Below, in pieces: positions 47,952 to 58,586 of a stretch of 64,000 nucleotides of DNA. Made by a program: the position numbers and the translations under genes. Origin of the DNA: Marispirochaeta sp. (GTDB lineage Bacteria; Spirochaetota; Spirochaetia; JC444; Marispirochaetaceae); NCBI GenBank assembly GCA_963676835.2, contig CAXXFF010000002.1:1728001-1792000 (forward strand), read 5' to 3'. A model generated the notes under the pieces. The model had not been told where the DNA came from. It saw only the letters and a list, made by a program, of their open reading frames with translations, and did no database searches. Each line of letters opens with the position of its first letter. Positions within the stretch are counted from its first letter, which is position 1.

Positions 47952-49274
47952 GTGAATTCTCTAAATTTTACTATTCCCAGACTCGGGGAAGCAAAAATTC
48001 AGTCACCAGTAAAGATGTCGACCCAAACCGGCGATAGTATTGCGAATTATGTAAGGGATGACGAGTTTATCCTCTATAATATCGATGCCAAGCCCGGCAG
48101 CTATAACCTTGAGTACAAGCATGGGGACCTCCTGGAAAAAGCCGGTCCCCGGGAGAAAATCTATTTTTCCCCCGGTCACGTGCATGCAGGAATTGTAACC
48201 TGCGGAGGGCTGTGTCCCGGTCTCAACAATGTAATCCGGGCCATTGTACGTACCCTCTGGTACAGCTACGGTATCCAGCGAATTTCGGGCATCCGCAACG
48301 GCTATCGGGGCTTTCTGCCCGAATACGGTATTCCCGTAATGCCCCTGGATCCGGAAATTGTTGACGATATCCATACCAAAGGGGGAACCATTCTCGGTTC
48401 CAGCCGCGGCGGCTCCGATGTTGATGCCATTTGTGACTCCATTACCCGGATGAATCTGAATATCCTCTTTACCATTGGCGGCGACGGCACCCAGCACGGG
48501 GCCTTCCTGATTGCCGAAGAGCTGAAAAAGCGCAACCAGAAGATTGCGGTAATCGGTATTCCCAAGACCATTGATAATGACCTGGCTTTTATTCAGAAAT
48601 CCTTCGGCTTTGAGACTGCTGTTTCCAAGGCGGTAAACGCCGTATCCAGTGCCCATACTGAGGCTTACGATGCAATTAACGGTATAGGCATAGTAAAGGT
48701 TATGGGCCGTGAGTCCGGTTTTATTGCCGCCCATACCGCCCTGGCCAACAACGAAGTAAATTTTGTGCTTATTCCCGAGATTGATTTTGACCTTGAAGGT
48801 GAGTACGGCCTGTTCAACACTATTCGCAAACGTCTGGAAAGGCGGCATCATGCTGTGCTCTGTATTGCCGAGGGCGCAGGACAGCAGTATTTGAAAGAGA
48901 AGAAAGGTACTGATGATTCGGGTAACAAGATACTTGGAGATATCGGAATGTATCTCAAAGATAAAATCAAGGAATATTTCAAATCCATCAATACCGAGGT
49001 CAATATTAAATACATCGACCCCAGTTACATGATCCGCTCAGCTCCGGCGAATCCCAATGATTCAATCTACTGTGCCAGGCTTGGAACCAATGCGGTTCAT
49101 GCTGCCATGGCGGGAAAGACCCAGACTCTCATCAGTCTGGTAAACAATACCTTTGTTCATCTGCCTATTGAGATAGCCATCAACAAACGGAATACCGTTG
49201 ATCCCGAAGGCCCTCTCTGGCGGGATGTTGTCAGCGCTACTCATCAGCCTCTGGTAATGAAAAACGAAAAGTAG
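47952..49274 (+). CDS. pfkA: 6-phosphofructokinase, clade X (probably ATP-dependent)
   Basis: [13 protein letters not shown] (G104-type), PKTIDND (K124-type) and MGRESG. Confidence 0.92.
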   Translation: MNSLNFTIPRLGEAKIQSPVKMSTQTGDSIANYVRDDEFILYNIDAKPGSYNLEYKHGDLLEKAGPREKIYFSPGHVHAGIVTCGGLCPGLNNVIRAIVRTLWYSYGIQRISGIRNGYRGFLPEYGIPVMPLDPEIVDDIHTKGGTILGSSRGGSDVDAICDSITRMNLNILFTIGGDGTQHGAFLIAEELKKRNQKIAVIGIPKTIDNDLAFIQKSFGFETAVSKAVNAVSSAHTEAYDAINGIGIVKVMGRESGFIAAHTALANNEVNFVLIPEIDFDLEGEYGLFNTIRKRLERRHHAVLCIAEGAGQQYLKEKKGTDDSGNKILGDIGMYLKDKIKEYFKSINTEVNIKYIDPSYMIRSAPANPNDSIYCARLGTNAVHAAMAGKTQTLISLVNNTFVHLPIEIAINKRNTVDPEGPLWRDVVSATHQPLVMKNEK

Positions 49275-49321
49275 ATAGAATTTGTCATCGGCAGCTCTGC
49301 AATGCTATTATGGAGTTGCCG

Positions 49322-50320
49322 ATGATCGATAAAACTGTAGAATCCCCTACAATCCTTGTCCCCTATGTTCCCGCAGATGCAGACTGCAGTTGCCAGGATG
49401 TGTTTTTCTACCTGCGGCCGGAAACCAACGGAGTTCTGGTGGAGAGCCGGATTATGCGGGTTATTCAGCAGGATCAGCGCTACAGGGATTCCATTGAGCT
49501 TGCTTATCTTGCGAATCTGCCGGGATCATTTATCCTTGAAAAAAAGATTGTCCACCGTCATTATCATGTGAAAATACATTTTGCCCGAATGGGTATTAAT
49601 GCTTTTACCGGCTATATGAGAAGTGCTTTCCGGGAGTTTACCGGGGTTGATCCAGAGAATGCGGAGATTCTGGGAGCTTTTGATGCCTGTGACGCCCTGG
49701 ACCTGAGTGCAGAGGAACTTTTTCATACCTGGGTTCCTGTGGAGGATATGCTGACTGTCTGCGGGCAGAGTGTCAAGAAAATCCGGGGAGTATGGGTGGT
49801 CAACTACGATATTCCCGCTATCCTTTCCAGCAACAATGTGAATACCGATATTGCGGTAATGATTTTCCGCACTTCCCTGGGCTATACAGATATACATCAG
49901 ATGGTTGAATCCATCGGCAACGAACTGCACCGGTCGGGTCTATTGAAGAAAGAAGTTCCCCTGGCACGGGCTTTCCACTATTCCAAAGGCCCATTTGAGC
50001 AGATTCTCGATGCTCAGGGATATCTGATCAGGGAAAACGGTAAAGCCTGGGAAATTGAGCACTCCCGTTTTTCCAGATATCTCATGGAGGTTGAAGGATT
50101 CTCCCTGAACGAGGTTAAAGGGATTCTTGATCATTCTATCTTCGGTTTTCACCATACAACCCGGGATGGTTCTGAGTACCGGGAGGAGGATATATTTCTC
50201 TATACCCAGGGAGATACCTATCCCGATGCGGCGGAAAAATTAAGCCGGGCAGCGACACAGTACCGGCTTTACGGTTACCATTCAGCAATTAATGCCAAAA
50301 ATATCTCTAAAATGAAGTAA
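49322..50320 (+). CDS. Hypothetical protein, possibly a divergent nucleoside-diphosphate-kinase-like fold (alternative start 49310)
   Basis: FFYLRPE, RHY and FHYSKGPFE resemble extended NDK motifs. Confidence 0.6.
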   Translation: MIDKTVESPTILVPYVPADADCSCQDVFFYLRPETNGVLVESRIMRVIQQDQRYRDSIELAYLANLPGSFILEKKIVHRHYHVKIHFARMGINAFTGYMRSAFREFTGVDPENAEILGAFDACDALDLSAEELFHTWVPVEDMLTVCGQSVKKIRGVWVVNYDIPAILSSNNVNTDIAVMIFRTSLGYTDIHQMVESIGNELHRSGLLKKEVPLARAFHYSKGPFEQILDAQGYLIRENGKAWEIEHSRFSRYLMEVEGFSLNEVKGILDHSIFGFHHTTRDGSEYREEDIFLYTQGDTYPDAAEKLSRAATQYRLYGYHSAINAKNISKMK

Positions 50321-50401
50321 ATGTTAAAAAAAATCGTTTTAATGGATAAAAAAATACTGTAACCTCTGGATTATTCTGATGTTTTTTATTATAGTTAGGT
50401 C

Positions 50402-50505
50402 ATAATCTTTCCGGGTGTCAGGAGAATCTGAAATAGTTCTTTTGACTATGCCCGACCTTTTATTTCCCCCCAGGGTTTTACCTCCTTTCCCTGGGGGTTT
50501 TTTTT
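50402..50505 (+). ncRNA. Candidate small RNA with two hairpins and an anti-SD terminator loop
   Basis: Promoter TGGATT-17-TATAGT (50367-50395), hairpin at 50412-50454, and a terminator with a 9-bp stem plus T8. Confidence 0.5.
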
Positions 50506-50579
50506 GCCTTCTTGTCCCATTTTTTCATCTTCTCTACAATGATCCTATCTTCGAGTCTATAGTTGTCCGGGAGAAAAGA

Positions 50580-51788
50580 GTGATTCGTCTGCTGCATACA
50601 TCAGATCTGCATTTGGGGCACCGCCTGCTTGAGCGAAGCCGGATTGAGGAGCAGAAGCTCTTTCTCGACTGGCTTGTTGAACGTATTCGTGACGAGGACA
50701 TTGATCTTCTTATTGCAGCCGGGGACATTTTCGACACCGGCACTCCGCCGAATGCAGCAATTGAGCTTTATTATGATTTTCTTCACCGGGTATCCTCCAA
50801 TCTGAGCCTTGGTACCGTTATCGTAGGGGGCAACCATGACTCTCCGGCGATGCTGAATGCTCCCGGGACCCTGCTCAAAGCCTTTGATGTGCATGTTGTC
50901 GGTGGAGCTTCTTCTCCTGAAGAGGAACTGCTTGTTTTGAAAGATCCCGCCGGAACTCCCTCGGTGTGCATAGGGGCTGTTCCCTTTTTACGTGAACGGG
51001 ATGTAAGAACACCCCGTCCGGGGGAGAGCATCGAAGACCGTGACCGCAGCACCGTGGAGGGTATTCGTGACCACTACCGGAAAGTTGCTGCAGCAGGAGT
51101 TCCTCCGGGGATTCCCTTTATTGTCACCGGTCATCTTTTTGCCGGTGGAGAGAAGAGCGGCGGTGAGCGGGATCTGTATATCGGCAGCCTCGGGCAGGTC
51201 GGGTTTTCTGTTTTTCCCGGTAATGCCGACTATTATGCCCTGGGTCATCTTCACCGGCCCCAGACAGTAGGGGGTAATGAGCATGTACGCTACTGCGGTT
51301 CTCCCCTGGCTCTGGATTTCGGAGATGACTCTGCCAAATCTGTACTCCTCGTAGAGTTGGGAGATACAGGGCTTGAAGAAATCAGGAAAATTGAAGTCCC
51401 TGCCTTCCGGCGCCTTGTTGCTTTGCAGGGGAATCTTCCCGAGATACTCTGGAAGCTGAATGATTTATCTGCAGTTCCCGGGGAACTTACTCCATGGGCG
51501 GATATTCTGGTTGAAGACTCACTGCCGGATGCACAGGAACGGGTTGAAGAGGCTGCGGCTAACCTGAATCTGGAGATCCTTCGGGTTCGCTACAGCTCGT
51601 CAGCCGCCGGCGAAGACCCCTGGGCGGAAGGTGAGCAGCTTGAAGAACTTTCTCCCCTTGAGGTTTTCCGGCGCTGCTGTGAAGCGCAGGGAATAGAAGC
51701 TGATGATCTTCTTGAAGGGGCCTATGGGGAACTGCTGCTCCAGGCGGAACGGAATATTGCGGAAAATACCGCCGGGGAGGATGTATGA
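50580..51788 (+). CDS. sbcD: Exonuclease SbcCD subunit D
   Basis: HTSDLHLG, AGDIFD, GNHDS, LGHLH and YCGSP. Own promoter TTGTCC-17-TACAAT at 50512-50540. Confidence 0.95.
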   Translation: MIRLLHTSDLHLGHRLLERSRIEEQKLFLDWLVERIRDEDIDLLIAAGDIFDTGTPPNAAIELYYDFLHRVSSNLSLGTVIVGGNHDSPAMLNAPGTLLKAFDVHVVGGASSPEEELLVLKDPAGTPSVCIGAVPFLRERDVRTPRPGESIEDRDRSTVEGIRDHYRKVAAAGVPPGIPFIVTGHLFAGGEKSGGERDLYIGSLGQVGFSVFPGNADYYALGHLHRPQTVGGNEHVRYCGSPLALDFGDDSAKSVLLVELGDTGLEEIRKIEVPAFRRLVALQGNLPEILWKLNDLSAVPGELTPWADILVEDSLPDAQERVEEAAANLNLEILRVRYSSSAAGEDPWAEGEQLEELSPLEVFRRCCEAQGIEADDLLEGAYGELLLQAERNIAENTAGEDV

Positions 51789-54700
51789 AGATTCTCCGTC
51801 TGGCATTCTGCAATCTTAACTCCCTGAGAGGGGAGTTTTCCGTGGATTTTACCGTTTTTCCCTTTGAATCCGCCGGTCTCTTTGCGGTTACCGGGCCAAC
51901 CGGTGCAGGAAAGTCCACCGTTTTTGATGCTGTGTCTCTTTCTCTCTATGGAGAAACCCCCAGGCTGCGAAAACGCGGCGGCAGCGGGGAGGGAATCTAC
52001 GAGATTGTTTCCAGGCATACGGCTTATGCCTGGGCGGAAGTGGATTTTCAGGTGCCTTCAGGCAGGTACCGTGCCCGCTGGGAGACTCATCGGGCACGGG
52101 GAAGTGTAAAGGGGGCATTCCAGCAGCCACGGATGCGGCTGCAGCGAATCGCTTCCGGCGGGGAGGAGAAAGAAGAACTTCTGGAGGAGAAGCTCAGTGA
52201 AGTACCGGCCCGGGTTGCAGAACTTACAGGGCTGGATTTTACCCGCTTTACCCGCTCCATGCTTCTTGCCCAGGGGGCTTTCTCTGCTTTTCTTGAAGCA
52301 TCTCCGGCGGAACGGGCGGAGCTGCTTGAAAAGATGACCGGCTCCTTTATCTACTCAGAAGTTTCCCGGCTGGCCTTTGAGCGGGCAAAAGAGGAGGAGC
52401 AGAAGGAGGCTGATCTGAAGCGGCGCCTTGAGGAGCTCCCCCTGCTTGATGAAGCGTCTCATCAGCAGCTGGAGGTTTCCCTTGCTTCCTTGCTGGAACG
52501 TCGGGGGGACTCTTTGTCTGCCCGTGATCAGCTGATTGCCACTCTGGAGAAATCCCGCAGGAAAAAGTACTTAATCTCGGAGAAGGAAAAACTCGGTAAA
52601 CAACTCTCTATTATGGATGCCAGACAGGCGGAGATGGCGGAACTGCGTACTGCCCTCGAGATGCATGACAAGGTCCTTCCCAGCCGGGGCGAGCTGAATC
52701 ACCTTGAACGGCTTAAGAAACAGGAGACGGAACTGTCCGGGAGAATCGAGCTTCTGTCCAGCCAGGCAGCGAAGGTGGCACAGGAAGAAAGTCAGCTGCT
52801 TCGGCAGGCCGGGACGTCCGTGCTGAATGTGGATGCCAAAAAAGCAGAGTTGAAACGGATTCTTCTTGTTCAGCAGGAAGCTGACAAGATATCTCTTGCG
52901 CTGGCTGATCTTGATGCACGTCTGGAGGATGAAAAAAACCGGCAGACCGAAATAAGCATGAGAATGGGGGAGCGGGAGTCTGAACTTCAATCCTGTCGAG
53001 ATCGTATTGCAGAGATTGATCTGGAACTGCCGGGGCACGAGACAGTGACTGATAACCGCGCCCTTGCGGGTATCAGTGAAGAAATCGGCCTGATCCGCAT
53101 TCGTCTGGATGAAGCAGTTGAAGCAAAGAAATCTCTTGTGGTTCTTGATGAGGATATCAGGTCCTGTAGAATTGAGCTTTCAGACCTTGAGAGTGAGATT
53201 ACTGCCGCCGGCAGCAATGAAGGTCCTGAAAATCAGCTCAAAACCTGCCGGAACCAGCTGAAAGATGTCGACCGCCGGCTTGCGTCCCTGCCTGAAAGAA
53301 AACAGCTCTCCGAAGGGCAGAAAGCCCTCGAGGTAGAGCTCTCGGCGCTGCAGCTCTTCAATGAAAACAGGGTAGAACAAGATAAGATCAAGGCTGAACG
53401 TTCTATTCTTGGTGAGAAACTCGCTCTTCTTGATAAGGAGATATCATCTCTGCAACAGCATTCTGCTGCTTTGAAGGAGCTTCTTGAGGCGCAGAAAAGC
53501 AGTTCTCTTGCTGCTGCAGCTGCAGCTTTGAGGGAGAACCTGCGCAGGGGGCGGCCATGTCCTGTCTGCGGTTCAAAGGAGCATCCATCCTCCCATCAGG
53601 GAGAGCTCTTTGACAGCTTTTCCGGCGATGAAGAAAGCAAAGATGAGCATGACGGTGTGGAGGAGGAGTACCGGCAGTCTCTGGTCCGGCTTGCTGAGCT
53701 GGGAGAAGCCAGAAAGCACCTGCTGCAGGCTGATGCGAAAAAAGAGGAAGAGCTGCAGTCTCTATCAGCCGGTCTTGAAGATATCCCGGGGGATCCTGCT
53801 GAGCTTGAGAAGAGGATAAGCCGCCTTGAGGAGCAGCGGGAGCTGCTGGACAGCCTGGAGGCTGAGCGTACTGATCTTTTTCACCGCCTGGGAGAGCTGA
53901 CTGAATACGAACGGGAACAGAGCAGTTTTGTTGAAAAAAAACGCAATGACGCAGTCCTCCGCCGTGAACGGCTTGGGCGTCTTGAACAGGATAAAGAGAG
54001 GATGCTTGAGGCTGCATCCCTGGCCGATTCCTTTATAGAAAAACACCTTGTCCCGGCAGGAATCGATCCGGCCGCAGCAAATGCAGCAGAGCTGGTGGAG
54101 AGTTCTGTTGTCCAGTTCCGCCAGGCCGCGGATTCCCGTAAGGTCCTGTCCGGTGAAAAACAGGCCCTTTTAGAGAAAGCTCTTCTGTTTGAAAAGGAGG
54201 CGGCTGTAACAGGTTCTGAGCTTGAGACTGCAGCAGAGCGTGTTCAGGATCTGACCACCCGGAGAAACGAACTTTCCGGCGGGCTTGAAGTTCTGACCGG
54301 CGGCAAGGATGCGGATATGATGGTTTCTGCGGCAGAATCTGAGCTGAAGAGTGCTGAAGAGGCTGATTCCTCAATACGGCAGCAGCTTTCCTCCCTAAGG
54401 GAAGAAGCCGCCAGGCTTAAAGGTCTGGGCAGCGGGGCGGAAGAGAGCCGTGAACAGGGGCGAGTAGAGCAGAAATCTCTCGAATCCCTGCTCATGGAAA
54501 CAGCCGGGGCGCTGGGTTTTGACTCTTTAAACGGTTTTGCAGCAGCCCTCCTGAATGACTATTCTCAGCGCAGGCAGGAACTTGACGAATACGAGTCCCG
54601 CCGCAGCGAACTTGTCCGGGAAGCAGGAGTTCTTGATACCGAGCTGACATCCCTTGGTGATGTTACCTCTGATATTACCATCCTTGAAGGGAATCTGCGC

Positions 54701-55348
54701 TCTCTCGATGAAGAGCTCGAAAAGCTGCAGCAGGAACAGTTTTCAATGATGCAGCAGCTTGAGAAGGAAAAGGAAAACCGCGCCTTAAGAGAGTCTCTGG
54801 AGAAAGAGCTGGAAGATCAGTCCCGGGAATACAGCCTCTGGTGGCGGCTGAAACAGGTAATCGGTTCCGCCAGGGGCGATTCCTTCCGGAGATTCGCCCA
54901 GGGGCTTACCCTGGATTTTCTTATCCGTCTGGCCAACGGCCATCTGAAACGTTTTTCCGGACGCTACCGTCTGCAGCGTCAGCAGGGGGATGATCTGGCC
55001 CTTGAGATATGCGATACCTGGCAGGCGGATACGGTCCGTCCTGTGGCAACTCTCTCCGGAGGAGAGACCTTCCTTGTCAGTCTTTCTCTTGCTCTGGGGC
55101 TTTCTGAACTTGCAGGACGGAAAACACGGATCGACTCGCTTTTTCTGGATGAAGGCTTCGGTACTCTCGATGCGGAGACTCTGGAGACGGTTCTTGCCGC
55201 CCTGGATACCCTTCAATCCGGCGGAAAGCTGATTGGGGTAATCTCCCATGTTGAGGTGCTGAAGGAGCGGATTCCGGTACAGATACAGATTTCAAGAAGG
55301 GGAGCCGGCTCCAGTACCCTTTTTGTGGTACCGGAACCGGTGGCTTAA
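51785..55348 (+). CDS. sbcC: Exonuclease SbcCD subunit C
   Basis: GPTGAGKST, coiled coils with the CPVCGS zinc hook, LSGGE and LFLDEGFG. Confidence 0.95.
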   Translation: MKILRLAFCNLNSLRGEFSVDFTVFPFESAGLFAVTGPTGAGKSTVFDAVSLSLYGETPRLRKRGGSGEGIYEIVSRHTAYAWAEVDFQVPSGRYRARWETHRARGSVKGAFQQPRMRLQRIASGGEEKEELLEEKLSEVPARVAELTGLDFTRFTRSMLLAQGAFSAFLEASPAERAELLEKMTGSFIYSEVSRLAFERAKEEEQKEADLKRRLEELPLLDEASHQQLEVSLASLLERRGDSLSARDQLIATLEKSRRKKYLISEKEKLGKQLSIMDARQAEMAELRTALEMHDKVLPSRGELNHLERLKKQETELSGRIELLSSQAAKVAQEESQLLRQAGTSVLNVDAKKAELKRILLVQQEADKISLALADLDARLEDEKNRQTEISMRMGERESELQSCRDRIAEIDLELPGHETVTDNRALAGISEEIGLIRIRLDEAVEAKKSLVVLDEDIRSCRIELSDLESEITAAGSNEGPENQLKTCRNQLKDVDRRLASLPERKQLSEGQKALEVELSALQLFNENRVEQDKIKAERSILGEKLALLDKEISSLQQHSAALKELLEAQKSSSLAAAAAALRENLRRGRPCPVCGSKEHPSSHQGELFDSFSGDEESKDEHDGVEEEYRQSLVRLAELGEARKHLLQADAKKEEELQSLSAGLEDIPGDPAELEKRISRLEEQRELLDSLEAERTDLFHRLGELTEYEREQSSFVEKKRNDAVLRRERLGRLEQDKERMLEAASLADSFIEKHLVPAGIDPAAANAAELVESSVVQFRQAADSRKVLSGEKQALLEKALLFEKEAAVTGSELETAAERVQDLTTRRNELSGGLEVLTGGKDADMMVSAAESELKSAEEADSSIRQQLSSLREEAARLKGLGSGAEESREQGRVEQKSLESLLMETAGALGFDSLNGFAAALLNDYSQRRQELDEYESRRSELVREAGVLDTELTSLGDVTSDITILEGNLRSLDEELEKLQQEQFSMMQQLEKEKENRALRESLEKELEDQSREYSLWWRLKQVIGSARGDSFRRFAQGLTLDFLIRLANGHLKRFSGRYRLQRQQGDDLALEICDTWQADTVRPVATLSGGETFLVSLSLALGLSELAGRKTRIDSLFLDEGFGTLDAETLETVLAALDTLQSGGKLIGVISHVEVLKERIPVQIQISRRGAGSSTLFVVPEPVA

Positions 55349-55352
55349 GGGC

Positions 55353-56810
55353 CTATTTCCAGCAGACCCGGGGTTTTCGGGCTGCCAGCACTTCGTCCAG
55401 CCGTCCAACCGGGGTTGTTACCGGTGCGGATTTCAGAAACTCCGGATCTTCAGCCCCTTTTTCTGCAAGTTCAATTACAGTGGAGATAAAATGGTCCAGG
55501 GTTTCCCTGTTCTCAGTCTCCGTGGGTTCAATCATCAGGGCTTCGTGTACGATCAGGGGAAAATAGACCGTCGGAGGGTGTATTCCCTTGTCGATGAGGC
55601 CCTTGGCCATATCCGTAGCAGTAATGCCGCTGCGATCCTTCAGCTTTCTGGCGGAGGCGACAAACTCATGCTTACAGAGCCCGTTGTAGGGAATGTCCAG
55701 TGCCTCTTCCAGTGCCTTCCTGCAGTAGTTTGCATTCAGCACTGCCAGATCCGAGGCCCGGGCCAGGCCGTCGCTGCCCATGGCATGAATGTAGGCGGTA
55801 GCTCGAACCATTACCCCCGTATTGCCGTAGAATCCTGCAACTCTTCCCATGCTGTGGCTGCTCTCTTCCGACAGGTGATAGCTGTCGTTTTCTGTACGGA
55901 CAATATCCGGACCGGGAAGAAATGATTTCAGTCTGCTGCTTACCAGTACCGGTCCGGCCCCGGGACCGCCTCCGCCGTGGGGGGTGGAGAAGGTTTTGTG
56001 CAGGTTAAGGTGTACAACATCAAAGCCCATGTCGCCGGGGCGGCAGCGGCCCATTATGGCGTTAAGGTTGGCTCCGTCATAGTAGAGGAGTCCTCCGGCG
56101 GCATGGACCTTTGCGGCAATTTTATCGATCTCCCGTTCAAAGAGCCCCAGGGTATTGGGGTTTGTCAGCATAATTCCCGCAAGGTTACCGTCAATATGCT
56201 CTTCCAGGGCCTCCAGGGAAACCAGGCCCCGTTCGTCAGAGGGGATTTCCACCACGTCGAAGCCTGCTATATGGGCAGAGGCGGGGTTTGTTCCGTGGGA
56301 GGAGTCGGGTACCAGAATTTTTCGACGCTCTGTTTCGCCTTTTGCATTAAAGTAGCTTCTGAAAAGCTTCATACCGGTGTATTCGCCCTGGGCTCCGGCA
56401 AAGGGCTGAAGGGTTCCCCAGGACATGCCGGTTATTTCACAGAGATCCGACAGCAGCCGGTACATAAGCTCCAGAGTTCCCTGGGCAGCCTGAACGGGGA
56501 CATAGGGGTGGAGTCCGGTAAATCCTTTCAGGGCGGCGATATCTTCGTTTATCTTGGGGTTGTACTTCATGGTACACGAGCCCAGGGGGTAGAAACCCAG
56601 GTCCACACCGAAATTTCTGCGGGACAGGCCGGTAAAATGGCGGACCACATCCACTTCCGAGAGTTCCGGGAGCTCTGCCGCATCTTTTCTCAGCAGTCCG
56701 GCGGGTATAAGCTCATCCGCTCCGTTCTGGGGAATGTCAGTCTCCGGCAGGCGGTAACCCCTGCGGCCGCTGCGGCTTCGTTCAAAAATCATGGGGAATT
56801 CGCTTCTCAT
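55353..56810 (-). CDS. gcvPB: Glycine dehydrogenase subunit 2
   Basis: PLGSCTMKYNP, HGTNPAS and HLNLHKTFSTPHGGGGPG. Confidence 0.97.
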   Translation of the reverse strand: MRSEFPMIFERSRSGRRGYRLPETDIPQNGADELIPAGLLRKDAAELPELSEVDVVRHFTGLSRRNFGVDLGFYPLGSCTMKYNPKINEDIAALKGFTGLHPYVPVQAAQGTLELMYRLLSDLCEITGMSWGTLQPFAGAQGEYTGMKLFRSYFNAKGETERRKILVPDSSHGTNPASAHIAGFDVVEIPSDERGLVSLEALEEHIDGNLAGIMLTNPNTLGLFEREIDKIAAKVHAAGGLLYYDGANLNAIMGRCRPGDMGFDVVHLNLHKTFSTPHGGGGPGAGPVLVSSRLKSFLPGPDIVRTENDSYHLSEESSHSMGRVAGFYGNTGVMVRATAYIHAMGSDGLARASDLAVLNANYCRKALEEALDIPYNGLCKHEFVASARKLKDRSGITATDMAKGLIDKGIHPPTVYFPLIVHEALMIEPTETENRETLDHFISTVIELAEKGAEDPEFLKSAPVTTPVGRLDEVLAARKPRVCWK

Positions 56811-58153
56811 GCCAGAGCCTCCTTCAGTGCAGCTGCAAGTCCGTCAATCTCTTCTCTGGTGCGTTTTTCCGTGACAGCAACAATAATACGGTTGGAGTCG
56901 CCCCGGCTGTGGAGCCGTTTTTCCGGTACTCCCGCAAAGAAGCCCGCTTCAATCAGTCTGTCGGCGGTATCCTCTGCGTCGTTTTTCAGGTTCAGGGTGA
57001 ATTCGTTGAAAAAGCTGCCGGGGAAGGCCGCCTCTACGCCTGATACTGCAGTCAGCTTTTCAAAGGCGTAGCGGGCGTTGTTCATATTGCGCAGAGACGT
57101 TTCCCGGAATCCCTCTTTTCCCAGCAGACTCAGATGCACCGTTGAGGCAAGGGCCGCAAGAGCCTGATTGGAACAGATATTTGAGGTGGCCCGCTGGCGT
57201 TTAATGTGCTGCTCCCGTGCCTGCAGGGTAAGCACAAAGCCGCGGTTGCCGTCGCCGTCCTGAGTGAGCCCGGAAATTCGGCCCGGCATCTTGCGGATCA
57301 GTTTTTCTCCCGCCGCAATGTATCCTGCAGTGGGGCCGCCGAAGTTCTGGGGAAGGCCCAGGGGCTGACAATCGCCTACGGCAATATCGGCTCCCCATTC
57401 CCGGGGAGAGCGGCATACTCCGAGGCTCAAGGGGTTTGCGGAAATTATCAGGATGGAACCGTTGGCGTTAATCTGTTCATCCAGGCCGGTAAGGTCTTCA
57501 AGGATCCCGTAGACATTGGGGGTCTGGATCAGGACGCCCGCCACGCTTCCATCAAGGCGGTCGGCCAGTTCTTCCCGGGAGGTAGTTCCCTCTTTCTGTC
57601 CCAGGAGGCTGATCTTAACACCCAGATCGGCGTAATAGGTTTCCATTACCTCGATGGTCGCGGGATGCACAGTAGAGGAAACCAGGATTGTGTCCCCTTT
57701 CTTAACGCTGTTCAGAGCCATGGCCGCCGCTTCTGCAGCTGCCGTATGTCCGTCATACAGGGAGGCGTTGGAAACATCCAGCCCGGTAAGACGGCAGATC
57801 ATACTCTGGAATTCGAATATGCCCTGCAGCATCCCCTGGGACATCTCCGCCTGATAGGGGGTATAGGCGGTGGCGAATTCCGCCCGGGATGTAAGATGCC
57901 CCACCGCTGCGGGAATAAGATGATCATAAATACCGCAGCCGAGAAATGATATCGGCTCAACCCGGTTTTTCCGGGCAAGCTTTTCCATGCGGCGGTATAC
58001 TTCAAACTCTCCTGCCCCGGGGGGAAGGTTGAGTGCCTTTTTCAGCCGTACAGATTCGGGGATGTCTGCAAATAGATCATCCAGAGATTCTGCGCCGACG
58101 CTTTTCAGCATCTGTCGAATATCTTCTTCCGTGTGGGGCAGATAGGGAAACAT
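56807..58153 (-). CDS. gcvPA: Glycine dehydrogenase subunit 1
   Basis: MFPYLPHT start, YTPYQAEMSQG and REQHIKRQRATSNICSNQ. Confidence 0.96.
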   Translation of the reverse strand: MFPYLPHTEEDIRQMLKSVGAESLDDLFADIPESVRLKKALNLPPGAGEFEVYRRMEKLARKNRVEPISFLGCGIYDHLIPAAVGHLTSRAEFATAYTPYQAEMSQGMLQGIFEFQSMICRLTGLDVSNASLYDGHTAAAEAAAMALNSVKKGDTILVSSTVHPATIEVMETYYADLGVKISLLGQKEGTTSREELADRLDGSVAGVLIQTPNVYGILEDLTGLDEQINANGSILIISANPLSLGVCRSPREWGADIAVGDCQPLGLPQNFGGPTAGYIAAGEKLIRKMPGRISGLTQDGDGNRGFVLTLQAREQHIKRQRATSNICSNQALAALASTVHLSLLGKEGFRETSLRNMNNARYAFEKLTAVSGVEAAFPGSFFNEFTLNLKNDAEDTADRLIEAGFFAGVPEKRLHSRGDSNRIIVAVTEKRTREEIDGLAAALKEALA

Positions 58154-58160
58154 TCTGTTT

Positions 58161-58553
58161 CTATTCCTCGTTTTCCGCCAGGAACTTCTCGTATCCTGCC
58201 GCGTCAAGAAGAGTGTCGACTTCGCCGGGATTGCTCATTTTAATGGCAAAGAGGAAGGCTCCATAGGGGTCCTGGTTCACCTTTTCCGGTGCGTCTTCGA
58301 GGTCACTGTTTACTTTGCTTATGGTACCGGAAACAGGTGCATAAATGGAGGAAGCAGCCTTTACGGATTCTATTGTGGTTACTTCATCTCCCTTTGAAAC
58401 CTCTGTTCCGGTTTCGGGAATCTCCACATAGACGATCTCTCCCAGGCTTTCCTGGGCGTGGTCACTGATTCCCACCAGGGCAGTGTCGCCCTCAATTTTC
58501 ACCCACTCGTGGCTTTCCAGATACTTAAGGTCCTTGTTTATTTCTGAACTCAT
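58161..58553 (-). CDS. gcvH: Glycine cleavage system H protein
   Basis: SHEWV, the lipoyl-Lys motif IESVKAAS, and VNQDPY. Confidence 0.97.
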   Translation of the reverse strand: MSSEINKDLKYLESHEWVKIEGDTALVGISDHAQESLGEIVYVEIPETGTEVSKGDEVTTIESVKAASSIYAPVSGTISKVNSDLEDAPEKVNQDPYGAFLFAIKMSNPGEVDTLLDAAGYEKFLAENEE

Positions 58554-58586
58554 ATTTTACTCCTTCCGCTGTAATCTTCCGCCTTC

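Noticed and set aside
50415..50579. N-terminal extension of sbcD in the ORF track
   Set aside because: It runs across a terminator and the sbcD promoter. Homology starts at GTG 50580.
50580..55348. SMC-like ATPase plus nuclease as a novel defence system
   Set aside because: The motifs match ordinary SbcCD (zinc hook, signature, phosphoesterase motifs) with no accessory genes.
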